From the NCBI RefSeq assembly GCF_036321535.1, contig NC_087436.1:18042001-18106000 (forward strand): 64,000 bases of DNA, given 5' to 3'. The stretch comes from Camelus dromedarius. Its lineage: Eukaryota. Under the pieces are notes generated by a model. That model was not told the DNA's origin. It worked only from the letters and a program-made list of their open reading frames with translations, and did not search any database. Both the position numbers and the translations under genes were made by a program. The number at the start of each line of letters is the position of its first letter. Position 1 is the first letter of the stretch. Of this stretch, positions 54,101 through 64,000 are shown in pieces.

Positions 54101-56988
54101 AGAATGATGAGAATCTGGGGGGACTGTGTGATTAGCGATCCTGTGGGGTAGTTGTTCTCAGTTCTCACTGCCTGCCAGACTCCTTTGTCGGGTCTTTGTG
54201 TGTTAAGCACACTCACCTGTGCCCTGTGCCTAGAGACTCCATGCAGTAAATCTGAGCATGAACACCAGTCTTTACTTTATAAAACTCTGGATGTACATCA
54301 CTTCACTAGAGCGAAGAACCTGTTCCAGGGGTTTTTGTAACAGCAGCAGCCTTTTTCTTCGGAGAAGGAAACCCTTTCATTGATTTTTTAAAGCCCTTTT
54401 GGTTTTAATTTTTTTTCCCCTCCATTTAATGTTGTAATTATTTTTCTCAAGTAAATCTCTGATCAGCATCTGGGAAATATTTCTTCACCAGAAGCCCCTA
54501 AAAATACTTTATGTTAATGTATTTGCATTTTTCTTGCCAGCGCTAACAACAAAGGGCCATGCTAGCGTTTAGCCCCCTGACATTACAAGTTTTGTGCCTC
54601 ACAGAGCAATAACTTTAAGTATATTTGATAAGCTGTACATTTAAATGCTACAGATACCTGGGGCAGAGCGTTCAGAACTCAAAGAGGAAGGTAGGGTCCA
54701 TATCTCCAGAGAGGACGGGTACTGAAACAATGACCCTGACAGTCTGTACTGGGGAGACACGTCTGGGGAAAGAGAAGGTGGGAATAATCTCAGGAAGGAA
54801 CTGGAGCGGGAAAGAAGGGACCTGGGCAAGGTTTGTGATTTGTTATGAGAGAGGAAACAAATTTGGAAGTGTCAGCCTAAGTGTCACCCCACTTCTGCTC
54901 ATTTGCCTCCACCCAGACACACCCTGGAATGAATGAGTGGGAAGTTAAACCTTGTTCATACATTATAAAACTGAATTGAGCAAAGAAAAAAAAGTTTCGT
55001 AACACAGTTCTTAAAGGCACAGTGCACTTCATTTTAAAACCAATCCCATAACCATAACAAAGATTCCAAGGATGATATTTTAAGAAAGTTCTGGTATAAT
55101 TTTTTTTTTTCCATCCCTGTAGCAGGAAGGTACAGTTTCTGAGAAACATATAAATCTTGATCTTACATTGACTTAGATAGCATAATTTGGCAACTGCTTA
55201 AACGATAAGAAAAGGTTTTGTGTATCTCCTAAATCCTTGGTGAGAATTTTTAAGTGATGTCTTGATTATGATTATTTAACTGCACTTTTCTTCACGAGCA
55301 TGGGAGGGCGGCAGGTGGCATTTGGGGACAGCTGTTGCTGCTGTTAAGGTGGGAGTTCTAGCCCTGTTCTGATAGTTCGTAGTGAAGCATTAAATTCAGG
55401 GTCAAGGGAAGCTAAGATGAGTTTGACCTCAAGTAAAAGGGCTGGAGAAATGAGCCTCCAAAATAAATGTAAAGAAAACAAGGACAAGAGGGAATGGAAA
55501 GATGAGAAAACAAAGGAGTGGGCAAACCCAAGAAAAATAGGTTAAGATGCAGCTTTGGTTGAGGAGCTTAGTGGAGTGAATCCCAAGGATTATTAACTGA
55601 ATCAGTGGAATCCAGGTGTAACCCAAGGTCAAAGTCAGAGATCAGGGCTGATTTTGGGTGGAAATACCTGTCTCCCCACGAACTTCACCAGGATTGACAG
55701 AAACTCTTAGTCCAGGTTTGAGTGGTCAGTTGAGTAAGTGGAAATAAGCAATGCCATGTTCGTGGCCATAAACACAAAGACAGTACTGCAGCCCCATTTT
55801 GGGGAAACAGAGAAGCCTACCAGCTAGCAAAGAACATGTCATTCGGGAGGATCCGTAAGACCTTCATTCCTGAGAAAAGTGAGCGTGTACGTAACTGAGC
55901 GGTGTGAAACTACATTCCTGATCGAAGTCACTCTGTGCAGGTCATACCTGGACATCCCTTTACACTGTAGTCATGTTTAATTCTGCACTTAAGTCGGCTG
56001 GGTGCAGGGCTACCATTCCTGGGATGGGGGAAGGGTGCAACTTCCAAAGATGAGCAACAGACTATAAACCTGGGAGTGTGGACCATTCTCTCTCCAGATG
56101 GTGTCAACAGGAAGTTGATCTTGGGGAGCCACGCCAGCCACACAGCTGAAGGCAGATTATGTTTGGGGAGGGGGCAGTGGGGAGCTATTTCATCCCAGGA
56201 ACAAATCTTTTTAATGGATGATTAGTAAGGAAACCTATTGTATGAAGCCCAGCTTGAATTTTAATATAAGAATGTCGAAATCCGTCAGCCATTACTCATT
56301 TTTTTTATGAGTGTAATAACAGAGACAGGCCAGTGCGGCCAGCCAACGCACACACCCTTTGGGCGTGGTGGGGGACTTGGCCAGGCCATGTGAATCGTAA
56401 ACCTGTTGCTGTGAAGACCCCAGACTGCAGGAACTTCTCTAGTGTCCTCAACGTGTGTGCCTCCATTGCTTGTAAATTATGTCTGTGGTTTAAAAGTGTG
56501 GCACCGATAATAAAATTTGGATTTCTAGAAAACTAAATGTAAGTTTTAAATACATGGATGGGTTCTAATCTTTTACAACCCTAATGACGCATATCAGGAA
56601 TTTTGCATTCACCTCTGCACAGAGCATAAAGGAAAAACTTCAGTGCTTTGTCCAGAGGGCGGGGAGCGGCCAGCTCTCAGCTCCAGGTGCCTGTTGCCTT
56701 GGGGGAGAACAGACAGGGTCGCCAGAATTTACGATTTCTTTTTGAGATATCAGAAATACAGACTTTTGTGAGAAATATGCCGAATTCTGGAAGATGAAAA
56801 TGAAGTGTTTAAATTATCCTTAGCTCACTTCCTAGTTTATGACTCCTCCTATCAAGGAAACTAACTTTAGGAGCGTAAGGAATTAGCAGGCTTCTCATTT
56901 CGGCTCTCATTCGATTGTTTTTATATAGTCTAGGGATTTGATTCTCCAGCTTACTGTTCTTGTGTGTATCAATTTCCTCAGTATAGAC

Positions 56989-57210
56989 CAGTGGTTCTCA
57001 ATCAGGGGCAGTTGTACCCCCGGGGGGATATTTGGCAAAGTCTGGGAATATTTTTGGTTGTCACAACTTGGAGTCGGGGGATGCTACTGGTATCTTGGGA
57101 ACAGAGGGCCAGGGACGCTGCAGAATATTCTACATTTGCACAGGACAGAACCTGACAACGAAGAATTATCCAGCCCAAAATATCAGTAGTGATGAGGCTG
57201 AGAAACCCCA
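56989..57210 (+). mobile_element. MER20 hAT-Charlie element
   Basis: CAGTGGTTCTCAA...ATTTTTGGTTGTCACAACT...GAATTATCCAGCCCAAAATATCAGTAGTG...GAGAAACCC. Confidence 0.85.
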
Positions 57211-57347
57211 GGTGTAACCCACGTTTTTATCCCTGTCTATTCCTCCCTCCCTCCCTCCCTCCCTCCCTTCCTACCTTTCTTTTAAAGAACCTCTTTCCAG
57301 ATTCTGTTTTTCTGATTCTTTCTGTAATCTTATTCAAAACCTTTAGG

Positions 57348-57525
57348 CTGGTGGTTCTCCTTTGCAAAATGCAGAAAAAAAGTCACATGGAAATTTGTTA
57401 AAAATGAAGACTCCCAACTTATAGATAGTGTGACATGCAGACCTAGGATGGCCCAAGGTTCTGCATCCTGCTGAAAGCTCCCAGGTGATTCTAAGGGAGA
57501 CCGTCCATGGACCACAGTTAGCTGA
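57348..57525. mobile_element. MER5-like remnant
   Basis: GTGGTTCTC...TTGTTAAAAATGAAGACTCC...AAGCTCCCAGGTGATTCT...GGACCACA. Confidence 0.6.
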
Positions 57526-60500
57526 GCAGGAGGATGGTTTTTTGTCTTCATAATCTCCAGCCCTACAGCCCTATGCTTTTCTCCATCTCCTTTTTAGGTC
57601 CTGTAATTGTTGAACTTTTCAGCCATATCCTATTGCTCTTATAAAGCCCTTAAGATATGCATGGATTTTAATAATTATTTATTCTTTGGGAAATAAGTAA
57701 GTTAAAATGTATTTAAGGACAAAGAGTTGAAAGTATATCTAATTACATTTGGTCCTTATAAGTTGTCCCAGTAGCTGGACAGTATATCTTAGAATTTTTT
57801 TCCCCCAAATTTCTAGTCTCTTCCCCCTTTTTTTTTTTTTGTATTATATACCATATGTCTTCCCCATAAGAAATTGGTTGATAGTGGTCCCCTGACAGTA
57901 CAAGATTAAAAATTTGTTTTTAAACATCTGAACTAATCAATAATTTTAAAAAAAAAGCATAGACTGTTACAGCTGAAAATATTGAAAATAATCCACGTAA
58001 GTGATTTCTCTAATCACACTGGTGCGTACAGAATCTTACGAAAGATTGACTTCCTGCGGATGTTAGTTTCTGCTGTGTGCTTGTTGCATGACGGCAAAAT
58101 GGCGAAGACAGTTGTAGGGTCTGTAGGAGCTACTCCTCCAAAAACTGCTTGGCTCTTAGGAAAGCGGCATGTTTCTTCCCCTGTAGGGACCTGCCTCCAG
58201 GGGCTTCAACTCCTGTCTGACGGTCTGCGTGTTGCAATGTAGTGAATTCAAATTGAGTTCGTGGCGCTTTGATAGTTACTCAATGTCTTTTTGAAGTGTA
58301 CAACTAGAACGGTAACTGGCAATGACTGGGTCACGTATCCGGGAATAGCCTCTGGTATATCATTACCAAAACGTGGGTGTCTCTCTGCGCAGGTAGGACA
58401 GCTCAGAATCATACAGTCCGTGGCGAGCCACCTTACCATCAGGAGTCGTGGGTAACTTTGTTTGTCCGGCTTTGATCGCTTCTCAGGATAACCCAAAGAA
58501 GCTATTTTTGAGAAAGCTGGAATTCCACTTGGTTAGCGTGTGCTTACACCAAACTAAACAGATAATAAAGTGATTGTTGGATGGCCCAGGGAGAGGCCTT
58601 TAAGCCTCTCCTTCATAATTTTCATCAGCTGCCTTCCAGTCTACCCTCTCTCTCATTGAGCAAATGTGCTTTTGCACGTTTCTCTAAGCCCCTCCTCTCT
58701 GAAAGTTCTGGTGCTGGCACTTCTAACAGGTTGCTGAACTTGAAATGATGAGATTAAGCGTATGTATACCTCCTCTCCCAACTGGAATCTTGGGCAAACC
58801 AGTTCGCTCTCTGGAACTTTATTTCCTTCTATTTAACATGAGATTAAACTTGCTGTTTTGTGATGGCCCTTCTGGCTCTAGAAGGCTGTGATTCTGTTAG
58901 GGTGCTCACAGTTTGGGTGTCCGAATGCTGAATTGGTGATGGTCATTTGGGGCAGAAGATCGTAACTTTTCTCTGCTTCCCCAAGGATGGGTCAGGGTCA
59001 AGGACAGGCAAGTGCATTCCCGTCATTACATCCACAAAAAGAATACCAAGCTGTTGTATCTGATTCAGCGATACTAATGGGCCCAAAGATTCGGGATGCA
59101 GAGTGACTCCTTCCTGGATGCTATCTTCAAAGGATGGCTCTTCTGTGAAGCTAAGGAGGTTAAAAGCTTCTTTTTAGCTTCTCCCCTATTTACCTCTCTT
59201 TAGACTCTCTCACGGGCAGAAGTGACAGGCTCCCTGCCCTTCATTACTGTCCTTGGCTTGCTGTTTCTTGGAGGATGCCTGGCTTGCCTCTGTTATCTAA
59301 GTCTGGGTGGAGTCTTGTCTAGAAACTAGGTCAGCTCGCTGGGGTTTGGGGTGAAACTTAGCATCCTTTCTATTTCCCTTAAAAGCCTTGTTAGAGAATG
59401 TTGGCTGTAGTCATTCACATTAAGAAGTGGAACCAGTCAGCAAAGCATTCATTCATTTGTTGATTTGTACTTTCTCTCCCTTTGTGCAGTAAGCACTTAT
59501 TTAACACCTACTGTGTGCCCTGCAATAGAATACTTAGACAAGTTCTAGGCATGATAACCCAGAAGTAAAACAAAGTAACACAGTGTTTCATTACATTGGG
59601 CTCATGATCTTCATTCTCTATGCTCATATCTGTAAAGGGAGACTGAATCTAACAGAGAATTTTCATTCTAACTGTGGCCCAAAGAAAATATCATTACAGG
59701 GTAGAAGTTCTCTGAAGGGAAGATTATGGACTTGTTTCATCCCCATTCAAAGGCAGAAGTTAAAAATTGTTATGGGGGTTAAACATTGTGTTTTACGTGG
59801 TACGTGACTTAGAACCACATCATTCATTTGAAAATCATAGCGTGAAATTGGCCTTAACCCAGGTCAGCAGTGAAGAACTGACTCCTAGTCAAGGGTCAAG
59901 GGGTGACAGCCATGGGCCATGCTGCGACTCCAGAAGAGGCTTGTTCTAACACTAGCAAAGCCATCAGTGAAGTTCATCATCAGAGATAGGGTCCGTTCTT
60001 CAGAGCTCCGTAGAGGAGTGCTGGAATCACAGTGGACTGGCCAACTTTGTTTTAAATGAAGGGAAACCTGTCTTTGTAACATAAGCAGAATTTTCTTAGG
60101 AAAATGGTAAGCAATGTGTGAGGAGAAACAAATGACTGTTTCTTTCCCATCTCCTTATTGTAAATGAGATGTTGCACTAAAAATTACTAATAGTGACTGA
60201 AATGTGAATGGCAGCCCCAAAGAAAAACTTCCAGAAATGCCCCAGTTATCCTTCTTGAATGACTTACCCTCCTCAGGACAGCTCATCTCCCAGCTTTGAT
60301 GGAGAAGGGCTGACTTGTCTCCATGTTTGTCTGTGGTTCGGTCTCATATGGTGAAAGAAAAAATACAGATTATAAGGACTCACTGAAAATAAAAAGACAT
60401 TTACTGCGTCCTTCTAAAAGTTTCTTTTTCATAAGTTAACATCATGTTAAGAATTGTCTTAATTTCTTTCTTGGACTTTAAAAAAAATGCAGCTAAATAA

Positions 60501-60900
60501 TATAACTTTGAAGAATCCTTCGGAACCTGGATGGAAAGTGTATTCTTTTAAAGATGCTTTTTGTTCAGCCTGCCGTGCTGAGCTGGGTTTGAGAGAGTCG
60601 CCAAAGCTTTGGAATTTACACTGTGGCAGCATACCAAACGCAGAAAGAGCAGTTTTTTCTTCTAAGCAGAGCTGTGAGGTCAGCCTGGGCGTCTGCCCAC
60701 CCCACCCCCACTGGCAGGGCTCTGCTTGCGGCCAGGAGGCCACCTCCCCAGTAGTGACCTGCACCTGCCAACCCAAGACATCATCAAAGTGCCTCACGAT
60801 GTTCCAGCACGAACCCTGTGTGCGGAGAGAAGCTGGAGTGAAAACACGAGAAGCAGAGGCAAGAGACTCACTCAAAAAAGGCCATTTGGTTTGGCCCAGC

Positions 60901-61160
60901 TTTTTTTTTTTTTTTTAACATTTTTTATTGAGTTATAATCATTTTACAATGTTGTGTCAAATTGCAGTGTAGAGCACAGTTTTTCAGTTATACATGAACA
61001 TATATATATTCATTGTCACATATTTTTCTCTGTGAGCTACCATAAGATCTTGTATCTATTTCCCTGTGGTATACAGTATAATCTTGTTTATCTATTCTGC
61101 ATTTTGAAATCCCAGTCTGTCCCTTCCCAACCCCCGCCCCCTTGGCAGCCACAAGTTTGT
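60901..61160 (-). mobile_element. Short L1 3'-terminal fragment, antisense
   Basis: Poly(T), then TTTTATTGAGTTATAATCATTTTACAATGTTGTGTCAAATT; ends CCCTTGGCAGCCACAAGTTTGT. No TSD seen. Confidence 0.85.
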
Positions 61161-62990
61161 CTGGGAGTTTTCAGACCAATTCCGTCTGTATCCCGAAGAG
61201 ACCCCAGCCTAGAAAAATAACTTTTTTGCAAGTACGTGCATCGTTGGCTACTATTAATTCTTAACTTAGACTCGTTCTGATAATGTCAGTGGAACACAGT
61301 GTGGAATAATATTTATTTAAAACGCATGAAAGCTATTAACATTGACATTAGTTTTCTTTTTCCTCAGGCCTATTTAATTTTTCCCCTAACTTGAGTGGCA
61401 TCCTGTTAACTCATGAACATGTACTTATTACACTCATTCTTTTTTATGTGAGTGTTAGCTTCCAACATGAAGATTTTTTTTTAATTTCCTTGACTTTTTT
61501 GCCTTGCATTTGTAAAATGTTCTTAATACGTATGAGAGTGATAGTACTTAGAAATACAGAATATTTTCTGTGTTATACCCATTGTGAAAAATGGTGAAAA
61601 TTCGTCTTGTATCAGTTCAGGGGATTATTATTTATTTGGTTACCTGCTTCACCAATTCTTTTCCTGACTAAGCAGTTTTAATCACTTTTAGTCATTCAGT
61701 TATAATCTCAATATCGATAGTCTCAACTAAAATCTGGTCAGTTTACTTTTTCAGATAAATAAGGTAAAGCATTACTTACAACTCAACTACAATTAAGGAG
61801 ATCTTATATTAAAATGCTGTTAAATAATAGTTTTTGAAAGAATGATTATAATGTGGCTGTAAGTAATTATTTTACAAAGAATATTGAGGTAAGAGGGATG
61901 AAATATTTTGAAGAAAATTGGTACTGGAGCTAAAACTGTTTTACATCTGGGTATTTTCCCGTTCCGCTCCGTTGTTCTTACCTCTTATGTGCACAAATAC
62001 TAAGCGTTAATACATTTCTGACATTGAATTTAGGCAACTTCCTTGGTTGCTTTCGAGTTCTCGGACACTTGCGCTTTGTAAGATCGTTGGGTACAATTAA
62101 AGGGACCCAGGTGAGGAAACCATTGCAGTAAAATAGCAGCAAATGTGAAGAGGGGAGAACAGAATAATTGAAACAGACCTAAAACCTGATGTGCAAACAA
62201 ATGTTCATGCATTGTATTTTCTATGCCCTTTGAGAGCTTGTGGAAGGAATCTTCCATTGAAAATTTTATAAAGAAACATGGCATTTCCCAGTGGAAATAC
62301 CTTCCTCGTGTATCTGTTGGGCGAACCCTTATTTTTCCATGTATAATATAACTTAGGGGAGATTCTGCTTAGCAGACTTGTGGGTGTGAGGAGGTGTGCT
62401 CAGGACCATCCCACTGGGGTTTCTGCCCAGCGTGAGTTCTAGCATCGAACCAGTTCCTTTCAGCCTGGATCTATGGACAATCGTGCCAGGACTGGGGAAG
62501 GCACCGTACATTAAGCTGGGTGCTGTAGTCTGTTTCCAGGTCACTGCCTTTTGCCTCTTTCTCGTACCTTGTTCACCCCTTGACCTTGTTAGAACAGTCA
62601 TGTTTCTTCATAAAACATCCTTAATGAGACTATTTACCTTGCATCCGCAATGAGATCATGCTTCATGTAGTAAATTCTCTGCTCAGACATATGCCAAGAA
62701 GGCAGCTTTTGCAGCTGTTAAAGAATTAACTTTTTAACTGAGAGAAGGACCTTTTGCTGGGCAGCCACAGCGATCGTAGTGCTGTATTTCTTATTTTAAG
62801 TAGATTATAAAACTAGGGGGAGCTTTTCTGTCTTCTTTTTGCTTATTTGTTTGTGTTCTGTTTTACATACACACACATGTTCGTCTTGAACATAGCCTAG
62901 TTATTCCCAAAGAATAAAAATTTACAGAGCAGATAAACTATCTGCATTTTCTAAAGAATGCTCATTTGACTTTAAAAATATGTTTGTTCA

Positions 62991-63117
62991 GGGGGAGGGT
63001 ATAGCTCAAGGGGTAGAGTGCCTGCTTGGCATGCACAAGGTCCTGGGTTCAATCCCCAGTACCTCCTCCAAATATAAATAAATAAATGAACCCAATTACC
63101 TCCCCCTTATAAAAAAT

Positions 63118-63118
<1 letters not shown>
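62991..63118 (+). mobile_element. vic-1-like tRNA-Ala-derived SINE
   Basis: GGGGGAGGGTATAGCTCAAGGGGTAGAGTGCCTGCTTGGCATGCACAAGGTCCTGGGTTCAATCCCCAGTACCTCC plus the shared tail. Confidence 0.9.
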
Positions 63119-63121
<3 letters not shown>

Positions 63122-63169
<48 letters not shown>

Positions 63170-63177
63170 TTTTTTTT
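63122..63177. repeat. Compound microsatellite (TA)15-(T)26 at the SINE tail
   Basis: Read directly from the sequence. Confidence 0.9.
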
Positions 63178-63362
63178 ACTCAAAGAACTCAGCTGCCAGT
63201 TGCATGGAGCTTAGGAACTTTATTTTTAATTAGAAATTGTAAGGTTTTCCCCCAGTGAATTCTGTTTTTTAATCCAGGCTGATTTGATTTTTGCCTCTTT
63301 GACTTTTCCTCCCATCAAAATGAAGGTGCCAAAACAAGGAGCAAAAGCAAAAAGACTGGATT

Positions 63363-63499
63363 GGGGGGAGGATGTAGCTCAAGTGGTGGCACGCATGCTT
63401 AGCATACACAAGGTCCTGGGTTCAATCCCCAGTACTTCCTCTAAAAAATAAATAAATAAGTAAACCTAACTACCTCCCCCTGCAAAAAACAAAACAAAA
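63363..63499 (+). mobile_element. vic-1-like tRNA-Ala-derived SINE
   Basis: A and B boxes, (CAAAA)n tail; 21-bp TSD at 63342-63362 and 63500-63520 with two mismatches. Confidence 0.9.
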
Positions 63500-63839
63500 C
63501 AAAAGCAAAAAGATTGGCTTCTCTGCTGCAGCAACAGCCCCCGAGCACACAAACGTTAACTGCTCTGTCCGGGGACTTAGGAGAGAAGGCACCCTGTGCG
63601 TTGGTGCGGGTTGTTCTATGCCTCCCATTAAAAAGACCCATCTCTTCCCTAGAGGTGATCCAGCGGCAGCCTTGCTGATCATCTAGAAAAACCATTTGCG
63701 CTCTGGGTCCTTTTCACAGCCCTTTGACCTCCTGATTCGACATCATCTGCACACGTGATGTGGTTTCTCTATTCTCTTTTTCCATTACAGTCATTCTCCT
63801 CACTCTACCACAATGACTACATCCCATGCATGTGACCCC

Positions 63840-63940
63840 TACAAACCACTTCACCCCTGTGCACCATGATGCTAACAGTAGTACCTACCTCAGGGGCACT
63901 TATGAGGATTAAATGGGATAATATTTTTAAAAGATGTGGT
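63840..63940 (+). mobile_element. MIR 3' core
   Basis: AGTAGTACCTACCTCAGGGG...TGAGGATTAAATGGGATAAT. Confidence 0.65.
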
Positions 63941-64000
63941 TATCTTGATATCTGACATGCAGATTTTCAGTTAATGATAGCTCTTTACTATGATCTCTTT

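Noticed and set aside
62991..63445. tRNA-Ala genes (also 1025-1100)
   Set aside because: They have mismatched stems, shared SINE tails and TSDs, so they are SINEs rather than tRNA genes.

Overview
Mammalian genomic DNA, very probably camelid (camel, alpaca or llama), judged from tRNA-Ala-derived SINEs of the vic-1 type and the absence of recognisable Alu, B1, BovA or PRE-1 elements. The window lies inside the mineralocorticoid receptor gene NR3C2 on the + strand. The only host coding sequence I can support is a 117-bp exon (42830-42946) encoding the second zinc finger of the DNA-binding domain. The rest is intron: young and ancient L1 fragments, SINEs, a solo ERV LTR, MaLR LTR remnants, hAT and Tigger DNA-transposon fossils, MIR/L2 and microsatellites. 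The other ORF-track entries are L1 ORF2 remnants or chance ORFs. I found no convincing novel biological system. The best observations are a small templated-insertion signature (52258-52294, donor at 50869-50884), lineage-specific inverted L1 and SINE copies bracketing an in-frame exon, a possible route to a receptor lacking the ligand-binding domain, and several CpG-retaining candidate cis-elements. Repeat family names come from visual recognition, not a database search, and boundaries of old repeats are approximate.
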